From: a virus | DNA: 64,000 nucleotides | Strand: one strand, 5' to 3' | Virus record (IMG/VR): IMGVR_UViG_3300005263_000012 | Location: 25,431-89,430 of that record | In this document: one piece after another, positions 18,549-28,455 of the stretch | How positions within the stretch are numbered: position 1 is the stretch's first letter | Layout of the letters: each line of letters begins with the position of its first letter | Made by a program: the position numbers and the translations under genes | Notes under the pieces: generated by a model | What the model was told of the DNA's origin: nothing | Databases searched by the model: none | The model's input: the letters and a program-made list of their open reading frames with translations, nothing else

Positions 18549-18779
18549 TTATGAATTATACTCCATTTGAATAATAGTATGAATCGTTTGTTTAACATAT
18601 GATGCTTTTTTATCAAACAATTCAACAAATGCATTAAGCTCTATGAGGGCTTCTTCATCTCCTATTTTTTGAGAAATGTTATCATTAATGATATCTTCCA
18701 ATGATTCAATATGCCCTTTTACCTGTGACAACTGCGTACTAAGTAGTTTATACATACCTTCTTTTATTATTTGATCCAT
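18549..18779 (-). CDS. Hypothetical protein
   Basis: ORF track; GGTGG RBS. Confidence 0.5.
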   Translation of the reverse strand: MDQIIKEGMYKLLSTQLSQVKGHIESLEDIINDNISQKIGDEEALIELNAFVELFDKKASYVKQTIHTIIQMEYNS

Positions 18780-18782
18780 AAT

Positions 18783-19016
18783 TTAACCACCCCTATTTAC
18801 TATTTTAGCAAACTTCGAACTTATTTCAAAATTCAATTTTGCCGCTGGAATCACTAATTTTAAATAGTTCTCACCTTCATCAAGAATGACTACTCCGCTT
18901 CCTGATGGTACTACAGCGTTTGTTTCTGACCAGTGGGTGAGGTCTAAAGATTGACCTTGATAATCTTGGGGGTAGATTATAGGGAGTATTATAGTATCAC
19001 AACCTAAACTTTTCTT
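18783..19016 (-). pseudogene. Open frame lacking a start codon (KKSLGCDTIILPIIYPQDYQG...NRGG*)
   Basis: 78 stop-free codons immediately after the stop of 19017..19295; its 5' end overlaps a 21-bp direct repeat. Confidence 0.35.
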
Positions 19017-19295
19017 TCATCTCCACGGTGTACCCTCTTCTTCATAGTCCCCCCTAAATGGACAAGAGATCGGAGGATCCTGGATTCCAGATTTTAATTC
19101 ACATGACCAGTCTGGATGACAACTATCACAAAACAAAATTCCCTCTCTATTTCTCCGTTCTTGGAGAAGTTCATCCAAAAACATAGCGTCTACGGTTGGA
19201 AGAGTTTCATTTAATTCAAGTTCTTTTAGTTCCCCGATTAAAGAATATAGCTCTTTTATCGAAAGATCAGATGGTATTATTTCAACATCACTCAT
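19017..19295 (-). CDS. Hypothetical protein with C-terminal Cys motif
   Basis: ATG at 19295 follows the upstream stop; FCDSCHP...CP. Confidence 0.5.
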   Translation of the reverse strand: MSDVEIIPSDLSIKELYSLIGELKELELNETLPTVDAMFLDELLQERRNREGILFCDSCHPDWSCELKSGIQDPPISCPFRGDYEEEGTPWR

Positions 19296-19296
19296 C

Positions 19297-19470
19297 TTAA
19301 ATTCCTTCTTTAACCCATTTTTCAGTATCAATATCCATACAATACCCTTCTTTTACGGCAGCATCAACGAGATCATCAAGTTCTTTAGTAGCTTCATATA
19401 GCCTCAATTTTAGGTCTGCTCGCTTCTTTTCTAGTTGAATATATTTTTCATTTAGGTCTTTGAGTTCCAT
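19297..19470 (-). CDS. Small coiled-coil protein (57 aa, MELKDLNEKY...)
   Basis: Translated by hand; GGAGG RBS; below the ORF-track cutoff. Confidence 0.5.
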   Translation of the reverse strand: MELKDLNEKYIQLEKKRADLKLRLYEATKELDDLVDAAVKEGYCMDIDTEKWVKEGI

Positions 19471-19485
19471 TTAATTTCCTCCTAT

Positions 19486-19797
19486 TCAAAGCCTAAACTT
19501 TTCTTTCATCTCTGCCTTATACTCTTCAACCAGCTCCACCAAGCTTCTGAAATCTGACCTTCCAGCAGCAGCCCTTAAAGTCAACTTCCCGAGAAAGAGC
19601 CTATCTGAAACTTCTCTCATTGCGCTTTCGAATGTATTCATATAACTTACTCTGTTTTTGATTTCCCCTCCTGATACGAGATAAGACATTGAGTCTTTTG
19701 TGACTGTTACGCCTTCAATTTCTAAGATGGTTATCGATGTTTTCTTTGGCTTTGGCTGTTCTGCTGATGTAAAATCTTTGATACATTCTGTTTCCAT
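19486..19797 (-). CDS. Hypothetical protein
   Basis: Probable start METEC, about 24 nt downstream of a TATA box. Confidence 0.55.
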   Translation of the reverse strand: METECIKDFTSAEQPKPKKTSITILEIEGVTVTKDSMSYLVSGGEIKNRVSYMNTFESAMREVSDRLFLGKLTLRAAAGRSDFRSLVELVEEYKAEMKEKFRL

Positions 19798-19818
19798 AGT
19801 AGTTAATAAGAGGGCAAA

Positions 19819-19849
19819 GTATTTATAACTTACCATGTAATATTACATG
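19819..19849. promoter_or_regulatory. Bidirectional TATA plus 16-bp palindromic operator
   Basis: ATTTATAA serves both strands; CATGTAATATTACATG palindrome at 19834-19849. Confidence 0.55.
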
Positions 19850-19851
19850 TG

Positions 19852-20031
19852 ATGCTAAAGAAAAAATCATATACAAGAAAAATAACAGTCCGTAAAAGAG
19901 GCTCAACACTTTTAGAGATACCGGCTGATATTAGGGACGAGCTTAACTTAAAACATTTGGATGAGGTGGAGCTTAGGACAGTTGGGGATGACAGGATATT
20001 GATTACGAAGAAAAAGAAGGAGGAAAACTAA
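19852..20031 (+). CDS. AbrB/MazE/SpoVT-family DNA-binding protein
   Basis: RKITVRKRGSTLLEIPADIRDELNL...EVELRTVGDDRILITK. Confidence 0.75.
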   Translation: MLKKKSYTRKITVRKRGSTLLEIPADIRDELNLKHLDEVELRTVGDDRILITKKKKEEN

Positions 20032-20213
20032 TGCCACAAATAATAATCGAACTCGACGACGCTCATTATTGGAGATATAAATACATCGCAGGCACGCTTG
20101 AAAAGACAGTTGAAGAATATGCAAAACAGCAAATTGAGAACATTGCTGATACATTTTATGAGCCAGTAAAGGAAATGAACTCTTCTAAAGACTGTAATTT
20201 AGTTATGGAGTGA
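20031..20213 (+). CDS. RHH-like small protein
   Basis: MPQIIIELDD...TVEEYAKQQI; TAATG overlap. Confidence 0.45.
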   Translation: MPQIIIELDDAHYWRYKYIAGTLEKTVEEYAKQQIENIADTFYEPVKEMNSSKDCNLVME

Positions 20214-20219
20214 TTTAAA

Positions 20220-20414
20220 ATGAAGAAATCTGAAATTGAACAATTGTTTATTGGTGCAACGATTACTGATATTACATTTACTAAAACGGTGTTTGGAATT
20301 AATATTGATGAGGTATATGTTACCCTTACAGATGGAACTGAAACTAGTTTGTATGGAACGGCTGTAGAATCAATAGGTGCTATGGAAATAAATGATATTG
20401 AGGAAGATAAATGA
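20220..20414 (+). CDS. Hypothetical protein
   Basis: ORF track; operon spacing. Confidence 0.5.
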   Translation: MKKSEIEQLFIGATITDITFTKTVFGINIDEVYVTLTDGTETSLYGTAVESIGAMEINDIEEDK

Positions 20415-20479
20415 GTTGATTTCATTCGAGATTTTGATCCTGAAACTGAGGTTATAGAGGTTATTAGGAGGAAAAAATA

Positions 20480-20848
20480 ATGTCAGAAGAAACATTTTCA
20501 GACCTAATCAAAAAAAGCGGCCAGCAAATCCACGATGAATTTATGAAAAATAATTTAAAAAACGATCCTCAGTGGAGGAAAGTTCGATTTAATGATATTA
20601 AAAAGAAACATCACGTAGAGACAGCATGTTTAACAAAAGAGCCTCCAAAAGTATCATTTACAATCTGGCAGAGTTGTTTTCTTTCAAATTATTTTGAGTA
20701 TGTTGGAAATCCAGCTCAAAAATGTTGGGATTTTGAAAAGTGTTCTATGAGATCTGAGAATTTCATGTATGATTTGCTCGATGCTGGAATTATTACTGAA
20801 GAGGGGGAAGTAAATTATGAAGTTCTGTGTGGAGTGGATAACAAATGA
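20480..20848 (+). CDS. Hypothetical protein
   Basis: GGAGG RBS. Confidence 0.55.
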   Translation: MSEETFSDLIKKSGQQIHDEFMKNNLKNDPQWRKVRFNDIKKKHHVETACLTKEPPKVSFTIWQSCFLSNYFEYVGNPAQKCWDFEKCSMRSENFMYDLLDAGIITEEGEVNYEVLCGVDNK

Positions 20849-21108
20849 CCAGATTTAAAATATTTGCACCATCTGGAATTGAAGTATGTACGATTGTAGC
20901 TGAATCTAGAATAATAACAGCTACTGAAACATCGTTTTATGATTATAATGCTTCAATTGTGTTCCATGAAAAGGCGATATGTGAAATACCTAAAGGATGG
21001 GTATCGATTCCAGAAAATGTAATTGTAAATAATAAACCGGTTAAGGTCCTAAGTTTTGAGGAAGCTGTAGAAAATAGTCAAAGATTCTTTGAGGGAAAGG
21101 AAATATGA
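20845..21108 (+). CDS. Hypothetical protein
   Basis: ATGA overlap. Confidence 0.55.
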   Translation: MTRFKIFAPSGIEVCTIVAESRIITATETSFYDYNASIVFHEKAICEIPKGWVSIPENVIVNNKPVKVLSFEEAVENSQRFFEGKEI

Positions 21109-21356
21109 GCCAAATCGAAATACACCACATAGAAACATGTCAGGGGCAATTATATTTTAGCAAATTGCCATTTTTAGATCCTCATGAGATTGAAGAATTT
21201 AACAAAATCGGATACACCGGAAAGAATTCAAAGGGCGAAAGTGAAACATATACGCACTATTTAAACAGTTTGGATAAAGGAGAATTTGTCGTCGAGTGTA
21301 CTAAGTTTGATTCGGGGGATTTCTGTGAGAAGTTCACAATAGTGAGAGTGGTTTAA
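21105..21356 (+). CDS. Hypothetical protein
   Basis: ATGA overlap. Confidence 0.55.
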   Translation: MSQIEIHHIETCQGQLYFSKLPFLDPHEIEEFNKIGYTGKNSKGESETYTHYLNSLDKGEFVVECTKFDSGDFCEKFTIVRVV

Positions 21357-21563
21357 ATGACGGAAAGACGAAAACTCAACAATGTATACATGATACCATA
21401 CACTCTCGGAGTAGTCACAATCCGGGGAGAAATTGGAAGTGGAAAAACGAGAGAAGATGTGCTGCTGCAAAAGCACGCTGATATCAAAGGCGATGATTTC
21501 ATGACTTGGTGGCACAGGAGAGGTGGACAGTGGAGTAAATTGAAAGAGTTTGTGGAGGAATAA
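21357..21563 (+). CDS. Hypothetical protein
   Basis: Starts immediately after the upstream stop. Confidence 0.5.
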   Translation: MTERRKLNNVYMIPYTLGVVTIRGEIGSGKTREDVLLQKHADIKGDDFMTWWHRRGGQWSKLKEFVEE

Positions 21564-21566
21564 ACA

Positions 21567-21978
21567 ATGGTTACACTAAAAACACTATTGGCCTATGAAA
21601 AATTACACAATATAGTTGAAGAGTTTCTACGAAAGAAAGTCACTGAATATAAAAACGCGGAGTATGGAGAACCAATCTATAGTACATATGGAAGCCCTGC
21701 CCCAGTATTTAGAGAGTTTGAAATTGAGGAACGTAGTCAGTATATAAATGGATCATGGGTAAAAATAGGAAAGAATATCACAATTTCATTTGGTTATAAT
21801 TGTGACCTTGAAATTGATAGTTATACCTTGCCATTGGAAATATTATTTAATGACGATTTTTATATGAAAATTAAATCCGTATTTGATGAGAAGAAAAAGA
21901 AGGCAGAAGAAGAAGAGCAGGAAACTGAAAAAAAAATTGTATGAGCGATTGAAGGCAAAATACGAGGGTGAAAAATGA
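21567..21978 (+). CDS. Hypothetical protein, probably frameshifted at an A9 tract (21928-21936)
   Basis: Annotated frame stops at 21944; removing one A gives ...EKKLYERLKAKYEGEK*, whose stop overlaps the next ATG (21975). Confidence 0.5.
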
Positions 21979-22084
21979 CAGATCAAGAGTATATAAAAAT
22001 GATTTATTCCAGAGCTAGGGAATATTACAAAGGTATGATCTATGCATTTGAGGTGGTGAAGAGAATATTAGAAGGTGACGAAAA

Positions 22085-22489
22085 ATGAACGGAAAACACC
22101 ATTTCAGCTTCAATCTTTACATCCTCATAATTCTCTTCGCTGTCCTCTGGCACTACTTACATTATTCCATAATTTATCTTGAAAGGTGTGGATTTTGGTA
22201 CCTGATAGTGACCATATACACTAATCCAGATGCTGACATGCATTCGGAACCGTCTAATAACCTTGGAATCTTCAAGTATATATTCCTACCATTAGAACAT
22301 AGAGGGATATCACATAATCCGTTTGCCTGGTGTGTTCTTGGGATCCTATTTGGATATTTAGGGTATGTTCCAGAGGGTGTTGGGTTATTCGTGGCTGCGA
22401 TTGCTCATATTATTACTGATTGGTTTAGTACAGGAGTTAAGAGGGTGTTGCCGAAATGGATTTGGAAAAGAATTGAGAAGGTGTTTTAA
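22085..22489 (+). CDS. Membrane metal-binding protein (DUF2227/YdjM-like putative hydrolase)
   Basis: N-terminal H, PDAD, HRGISH and HIITD motifs within TM helices. Confidence 0.75.
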   Translation: MNGKHHFSFNLYILIILFAVLWHYLHYSIIYLERCGFWYLIVTIYTNPDADMHSEPSNNLGIFKYIFLPLEHRGISHNPFAWCVLGILFGYLGYVPEGVGLFVAAIAHIITDWFSTGVKRVLPKWIWKRIEKVF

Positions 22490-22490
22490 A

Positions 22491-22673
22491 ATGCTAGATG
22501 TTGAATCACTTACAGGCACAGAGTTATTCATATTAAGAGAAGGGCTTAAACAAGTCTCGACTTATTATAATGATGAGTTTATAAATACAACTGCTGAATT
22601 AAGAGATGCTGTGGATAATGAGTATCAAAGAAGGAAAATGATGAGTATTACATATAGAAATGGAAAGGTATAG
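22491..22673 (+). CDS. Hypothetical protein
   Basis: ATG 1 nt after the upstream stop; N-terminus resembles the ORF at 29211. Confidence 0.45.
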   Translation: MLDVESLTGTELFILREGLKQVSTYYNDEFINTTAELRDAVDNEYQRRKMMSITYRNGKV

Positions 22674-22861
22674 AATATTTAATAATAAGTTACCAGGGAA
22701 ATTAAGAGCAGGATGGAAACTATGACTGAAGAAAAACCAATCGCCTGGGAATTAGACCCTCCTCATGTTTCAATCTTTGGTAATGTACTGGATGATAAAA
22801 TAAAAGGACATCGTAAATTAAGGAGTAAAATTGAAGAATTGTATGAGACGGAGGACTCAAA

Positions 22862-23047
22862 ATGACTGAAGAATCTTACTACCCAAAACCCGTAAAAGAC
22901 CCAAAAAAAGTTCTTGAAGGCGGAACATATCTTGAACGATTTAATGAACGTCCTCCTATGTTTTACAAGTCGATTTTGGATATTAAAAGAGAGTCTGATA
23001 CTTATGTAGATGGAAAATGGATAGGGAGAAGAATATGGGGACCATGA
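22862..23047 (+). CDS. Hypothetical protein
   Basis: GGAGG RBS. Confidence 0.5.
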   Translation: MTEESYYPKPVKDPKKVLEGGTYLERFNERPPMFYKSILDIKRESDTYVDGKWIGRRIWGP

Positions 23048-23135
23048 GTCTTAGAGAAGCACGTGAACGGCCTGTGTATTTATAGTGGGTTGCTTGTATT
23101 GAAAGGAAAATGGAGTTTTTAAGGAGGGATACAAA

Positions 23136-23357
23136 ATGACTAAAAAAGGAAGGGAGTATGACTTATTAGTAAGCATCATGTCAAGATATGGGGCATCTGC
23201 TGAAGATGGAATCGATACTGATTGGGTAAATGCTGATCCTGCGAATAATCTTATAGATACTGAACCTGTTGCATGTGGAAGCGCAAGAAGTATTATAAAA
23301 TATTTATTAACCAACGATCCTTTGTTAAAAGGGTACAAACTCGTCAAATCAAAATAA
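23136..23357 (+). CDS. Hypothetical protein
   Basis: GGAGG RBS. Confidence 0.5.
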   Translation: MTKKGREYDLLVSIMSRYGASAEDGIDTDWVNADPANNLIDTEPVACGSARSIIKYLLTNDPLLKGYKLVKSK

Positions 23358-23845
23358 GTAATTAAATCATCAATATATTATTAATTTACTATTTTAAGAT
23401 TGTTTATATAATTAAATTCTATATCCTCACATACCCCTATAAAACAAGCATCAATTGACATTATTGTTTGTAGCTATGTGTTTCTTACTATTTTTTTACA
23501 TTTCTAGGTGGACTTATCGATGTAAACATGACTATTCTTATATGTTATAGAATGGTTGGGTTTAGAAACATATAGCTAAAAACAGATTGATTTTTTGCGA
23601 GTAACACGAATTTTTCAATGTATTTTAGATAACATACTAATTTTAATAATGTTTTGTTTTCTGTGTTACTAACTTTAGAATAATTACTAACTATGTCCTT
23701 GAAGCTAATTACTGTAAGTTATATTGATCGTGGGTATGTTTCGAGTGGATACTTATAGACTATGTGAATACACGATAAAGCATAAACTATTTATAGTTAG
23801 TGCCCTATTACTATATATTAAATTGCTACATAAAAAGGTGATATC

Positions 23846-24040
23846 TTGTTTAAATTTACACCAGATGAAATTGAAAGAATGGAACAAATGATAGACGAGT
23901 TCTCGAATGATGATAGGCGGCCATTCCTTAGTGGCACTGAAATAGATGTGCGAAACATTGAGTTAAGTAATTCTCGTAATTACAATCTAAAGTATGAAAT
24001 TAAATTCAGTATCGAAGCTGTGGATGAGGAAGACGAATAA
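23846..24040 (+). CDS. Hypothetical acidic protein
   Basis: AGGTGA RBS with TTG start; TATA at about 23785. Confidence 0.5.
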   Translation: MFKFTPDEIERMEQMIDEFSNDDRRPFLSGTEIDVRNIELSNSRNYNLKYEIKFSIEAVDEEDE

Positions 24041-24268
24041 ATGCCCCGCCCAAAGTCCCTAAAAGAAATTCCCCTAATACCAGGGGAGAACATCATAAAA
24101 TCAGATGAATTTGAAATCGGATTTACTGGAAAGGTAGATCTTGAGGGGAGAATCCCGAAGGTAGGGAAAGAGTATTCTGAGAGAGAGGTATGGATTTTTG
24201 TTAAGAAGGATAGGGAGGAGCTTGCTGAGTGTATTTTAGGGGAAATTCAAGAAAATGAAGGGAAGTGA
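24041..24268 (+). CDS. DUF2080-like small protein
   Basis: GKVDLEGRIPKVGKEYSEREVWIFVK. Confidence 0.45.
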   Translation: MPRPKSLKEIPLIPGENIIKSDEFEIGFTGKVDLEGRIPKVGKEYSEREVWIFVKKDREELAECILGEIQENEGK

Positions 24269-24272
24269 ATAA

Positions 24273-24566
24273 ATGAATCAAGTATATGAAACCCCAACAA
24301 TTCACCATCTAGACCTCATGAAACATGCTTTGGGTCTAGACCAAACGAAATCAAAACCGAAACGTGGTAAGTATACCGCCTATAGAAATTATTATTGTTC
24401 GTTTGGCAAGAATGCCGATTGGGAAACACTTGTTGAAAATGGCCTGGCTACATCACGTGAAGGTAATCCTGAAATATACCCTTCGTCGGTGTTTTATTAT
24501 GTATCTGAGGATGGGATGAAGTTTATAGGGGACGTTTTGGGGTTTAAAATTGTGGAAGGAGATTGA
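24273..24566 (+). CDS. Conserved viral hypothetical protein
   Basis: HALGL...YRNYY...WETLVENGLA pattern. Confidence 0.6.
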   Translation: MNQVYETPTIHHLDLMKHALGLDQTKSKPKRGKYTAYRNYYCSFGKNADWETLVENGLATSREGNPEIYPSSVFYYVSEDGMKFIGDVLGFKIVEGD

Positions 24567-24710
24567 AATAAATGAACTGCGATTCAGACTGTGAAAACTA
24601 CCCAATTGAAAAGTACATACCGTGTATGAAAGATTTTGAAGAGTTTGAACGTCAACAAATTATTGAACAATCTAAAGAAATTGCAATGTGTTATGAGGGT
24701 GTGATAAAAT

Positions 24711-24992
24711 ATGAAAACCGAAGACCATGACATAACCTGCCCCGTGTGTGGCTCAAACAACTGGAAACTGTTTAGATGGAATGTTGATCCAAATGGAGAC
24801 CCTAAAGATTATATAGGCGGGTTTCGTGTTGCCTGTGCTAATGGATGTTATGTGGATAATGTAAATATCGTTCATAAAACGGACACTTCTTTTGATGTGA
24901 TACAGACGGCTTTTAAGTTGATAGATCATGATCGAAAAGGAACCCATTGCTTGCGCAATAGTGGCTGTTTGGAGAAAAGCACCGGAAAGTGA
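24711..24992 (+). CDS. Zn-ribbon hypothetical protein
   Basis: CPVCG...CANGC. Confidence 0.55.
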   Translation: MKTEDHDITCPVCGSNNWKLFRWNVDPNGDPKDYIGGFRVACANGCYVDNVNIVHKTDTSFDVIQTAFKLIDHDRKGTHCLRNSGCLEKSTGK

Positions 24993-25201
24993 TAATAAAT
25001 GATACCGTCAACGATTAACCCCGATCTATACGCCCGCCTGCCGCCTGACAAAAAAGAAGAATACAAAGCTCTGTTTCCTGATCCTGCAAAAATAAGATAT
25101 CCAGTGTATACACCTGTTGGGTGGGCTTGGTGTGATAATGAATTTTTTATTATTCCAGGATATGCTATCGAGATCTTCTTTTTTACCTGTTGCATCTATC
25201 A

Positions 25202-25477
25202 TCAATATCTTTCCTCGGTTAATTTTCTATCCAGGGCCTCAGCGCATATCTGAGACTTCTTATCCCATTTAATATAATTACATTCAACGCATACCCAGGC
25301 AAACGACTTATACGGCTGCGTTCCTTTTACTTTGTTATATTTTCTTATGGATGCCCTGTTTAGATCTTGTTTGCAATGTGGGCAGATAGGACGCTGTGTT
25401 TTGCCCTGACCTTTTCTCCGGATGGGTTTAATAATTAAAGAACATTCTTCTGCTTTTTTAATGTCGTTTGTGATAAA
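25202..25477 (-). pseudogene. Zn-ribbon open frame lacking an in-frame ATG (…PICPHCK…WVCVEC…)
   Basis: Translated by hand; stop-free for 92 codons; a nearby out-of-frame ATG could be restored by a 1-nt deletion. Confidence 0.4.
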
Positions 25478-25780
25478 TTAATCATCTCCTAAAAAATCAC
25501 ATAGTTGTGTCAAATTCTCTCGTTCATCAAACCATTGCATGCCATCCCAATCTAAACCATATTTTTCTTTCATGAGCATTTTGATTACTATATGTTTATC
25601 CGTAGGATAACGAGGTATTTCGTTATCTTGCGTGTAACAATCGTATAAATATATAAAAGCCCGAGCACCCAATCCAAATAAATTTAATAAATCGTCTATG
25701 TCTGGAACTAATCTATAATAATTTAATCCGGCAGCTACACACATTTTATAGTATTCAGACATTGAGTCACATTTTTTCAT
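25478..25780 (-). CDS. Conserved viral hypothetical protein
   Basis: KMLMKEKYGLDWDGMQW resembles the common phage ...MKEKY..VW.G..W motif. Confidence 0.55.
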   Translation of the reverse strand: MKKCDSMSEYYKMCVAAGLNYYRLVPDIDDLLNLFGLGARAFIYLYDCYTQDNEIPRYPTDKHIVIKMLMKEKYGLDWDGMQWFDERENLTQLCDFLGDD

Positions 25781-25800
25781 ATATACCTCACAAAAAAGGA

Positions 25801-26139
25801 TTAACCACAGTAGTGGTAATATCCCTTAGAGTAAATTCCCCATGATTTCCCCTTAGCATCTGTAGTGATTTCTACACCACCGTGATAAAAGATAAATGCA
25901 GCAGCAGTAATTATTGCATCTGGTTTTGTAGTTACAAGAGTCGATGAGGGATTTTTCCAGTTTTCTTTATTCTGGATTTTGTCCATTGTCTCTTTGAGAA
26001 TCTCGCGGACATCAGAAGCTTTCATGGCTTCGTTTGTCATTGCAATTGCTCTTTTTCGGACAAGGGGGACAGATTTGTGTCTGTAGATTCCATCGACATC
26101 CAGTACAAAGTTTTTTTGTGGTGCTTCGGTAGCAATCAT
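25801..26139 (-). CDS. Hypothetical protein
   Basis: ORF track; first gene after an AT-rich promoter region. Confidence 0.55.
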   Translation of the reverse strand: MIATEAPQKNFVLDVDGIYRHKSVPLVRKRAIAMTNEAMKASDVREILKETMDKIQNKENWKNPSSTLVTTKPDAIITAAAFIFYHGGVEITTDAKGKSWGIYSKGYYHYCG

Positions 26140-26886
26140 GGTTAGGTACTCCGTTGGTCACTCGACCTTTTACAATACATAATAAGCTTTCAAAGTATAT
26201 ATAACTAACTGTTTAGTATGCTAAAAAGTAATTAATTAAAATTTGCTCAAATATATTAATTTATTATTTTGAGATTGTTTTTATAATTATATTCATTCGC
26301 TTAGCCATTAGATATCAAAACGTTATCAATCGGCTTACTTAATACAGCCTATATGTTTCTCATATTAATTTTGCTTTGAAGTGTGGGATAATCGAAGTAG
26401 AAAAGATATAAAAAATATAAGTGTACAACTTTATACAGTAATGTATCAATTTAAGGATGTACAGGTTTTGTACATTAACCTCATTAAACTAATAATATAC
26501 TATTGTATGAAATAAAATTAAAGTTTAATGTACTATTATGTTCATTGGCGTTAGGCTATCGGTTTTGATATATGTTAACCAAAATAAAAATAAATTCTAA
26601 ATTTTGTGTTTTCAATATCGATTTTTACCCTAAGAATCTGCTATGTTTTTGTGAACAAAATCGTTCTACATCATATAGGAATATTAAGAATGCTGCCGAT
26701 TGCATACATATTAAGTGCAAAATCATATTGAGAAAAGCCTATTTACTGGAAATTGCGCCCGCCGTTTGTGTTTTTACTGATATTGATTTCATTTTTGCTA
26801 GTTAACCTCGGTTTTGGGTTTAGTTGTTGTTACCTGATTGTACATTGATGTACTTTGTTGTGCACTTAATATTTTTTGGTATCGTG

Positions 26887-27024
26887 TCATATCTTCTTAG
26901 GTTTGTCCCAATACGGGCTCTTGCATTCCGGACATACTGTAGGCTCGGTTTTCTTTCGTTTTATCCACGTATGCCCGCACCTTTCACATTTATAGCCGTC
27001 AACCGTAAGCTTTAGTTTCGCCAT
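26887..27024 (-). CDS. Small Zn-ribbon protein (45 aa, MAKLKLTVDGYKCERCGHTW...CPECKSPYWDKPKKI)
   Basis: Translated by hand; CxxC...CPxCxSPYW motif typical of archaeal mobile elements. Confidence 0.7.
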   Translation of the reverse strand: MAKLKLTVDGYKCERCGHTWIKRKKTEPTVCPECKSPYWDKPKKI

Positions 27025-27068
27025 GTTATACGAAACGTATAAATACATATAATGCCATATACCTTACT

Positions 27069-27206
27069 ATGTCAGATGAAGATTTGACCACTATATCACT
27101 CAAGAAAGGAACCCGAGATCGCCTTAAAAAATACGGTGCCAAAGGTGAATCATGGGATGAGCTTGTAAATCGAATATTGGATGAGAAAGAAGGAAAGGAG
27201 TTGTAA
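27069..27206 (+). CDS. RHH/antitoxin-like protein (45 aa, MSDEDLTTISLKKGTRDRLKKYG..GESWDELVNRILD)
   Basis: Translated by hand; TTI...T..RL...GE.WD....R.L pattern. Confidence 0.7.
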   Translation: MSDEDLTTISLKKGTRDRLKKYGAKGESWDELVNRILDEKEGKEL

Positions 27207-27523
27207 CAATGCTAAAGAAACTAGACTTTTACTATGACAAAGAAGACCATGAACAGATCGACATCTCGGATGAGAAAATTTACTGGGATACTCAGAAGAA
27301 TCAATTCCGACACAAATTTGAATGCTGTGAAAGTGGAAAATAAAGGAGATTAAATCGTGAATCTCTACGATAAAGTACGAACAAACAAACATTGGAATGC
27401 AAATAATGAGCCAATACACGGAAAGATTACGAAGATAATCCCGTCTCGTGGAATGGATCTTCCAATTGTGGAACTTAATTATGGAAGATATCGACTTAAT
27501 GAATTCTGGTTGGAGTTGGAATA

Positions 27524-27988
27524 ATGGTATGGCCCCCAACAAACCGAAGATATGAATTTGGCAATCACTGTACAGCCATAGATGAAGGCAGAACCTGTAA
27601 CAAAGAGTTTGACTGCGGAAACTGTAAGCTTGCTTGGGAAACATATAAAAAATACCTGGAAGGGGACAATTGGAGAAGCTTTGTAATACCATTCATAGAC
27701 AGCCCTAAACATGGAATAGCAGCTTGCAGAAACGAGATGTTCACGATTGCTAAAGTAAATAGTATTGAAGATCTTTTTAAGAGGTTTACGCTTAAAGGAG
27801 TTCCATTTGAGCCGATTGAAAATATGGATTCTGATGATATGAGACTCACCTATCCTTATTGGTATGCTTTGAAAACTCTTGATGATTTAGGGGAGCCGTT
27901 GTCATACAAAGGAGGAAAGGATATTCCGTTGATTGTAGAGTATGTTGATTGTGTTTATGTGGTGGCTCCTGTGACGGAGTGTGATTAA
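27524..27988 (+). CDS. Hypothetical protein with Cys cluster; C-terminal PLIVEY...VVAPV motif
   Basis: ORF track; C-terminal motif shared with 43678..44124. Confidence 0.55.
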   Translation: MVWPPTNRRYEFGNHCTAIDEGRTCNKEFDCGNCKLAWETYKKYLEGDNWRSFVIPFIDSPKHGIAACRNEMFTIAKVNSIEDLFKRFTLKGVPFEPIENMDSDDMRLTYPYWYALKTLDDLGEPLSYKGGKDIPLIVEYVDCVYVVAPVTECD

Positions 27989-27992
27989 ATAA

Positions 27993-28271
27993 ATGGACTT
28001 ATTCGATGAAGTATTCCAATATTTAAAAACCATATCACCTGAAATGTTAGTGACTCATGACGGAGATCTCAAACGATTCATACTTACTAAACCGAAGTCA
28101 CTCGGTGTTGAAAATGATCTTAATACCATATTAAAGAAGCACCATTTCAATGGGAAGCTGACTATTAAAGAGCGTGATGGATATCTAAATGTCATCTATT
28201 GTTTTGAGTCCGGATTGGATGATCCTGAGTTAATGAAATATTTTAAGGAGCTTGAAGAACATGAAAAGTAA
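27993..28271 (+). CDS. Hypothetical protein
   Basis: ORF track. Confidence 0.5.
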   Translation: MDLFDEVFQYLKTISPEMLVTHDGDLKRFILTKPKSLGVENDLNTILKKHHFNGKLTIKERDGYLNVIYCFESGLDDPELMKYFKELEEHEK

Positions 28272-28434
28272 TATACTATTAGGATATGCACTCTTCGGAA
28301 TCTGTTCTATTTTTTTTATAGCTCAGGCATACCTTGCATTACACGGGCATGTAATAAGTTATTTTGGGGCATTCGTTGCGGTGGTGTGTGGATGGACTAT
28401 ATTAAAATCTATTAAAAAATTAGAGAGTGTGTAA
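28252..28434 (+). CDS. Small two-TM membrane protein
   Basis: Two hydrophobic helices. Confidence 0.5.
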   Translation: MKNMKSNILLGYALFGICSIFFIAQAYLALHGHVISYFGAFVAVVCGWTILKSIKKLESV

Positions 28435-28455
28435 ATTAGAGGAGTTGAAATAAAA

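Larger units (their letters stand above)
19003..19512. repeat. 21-bp perfect direct repeat CCTAAACTTTTCTTTCATCTC at 19003-19023 and 19492-19512
   Basis: Identical copies read directly from the sequence. Confidence 0.85.

Noticed and set aside
26572-27015. Plus-strand ORFs 26572..26805 and 26824..27015
   Set aside because: No RBS and atypical composition; the second is antisense to a convincing Zn-ribbon ORF (26887..27024)
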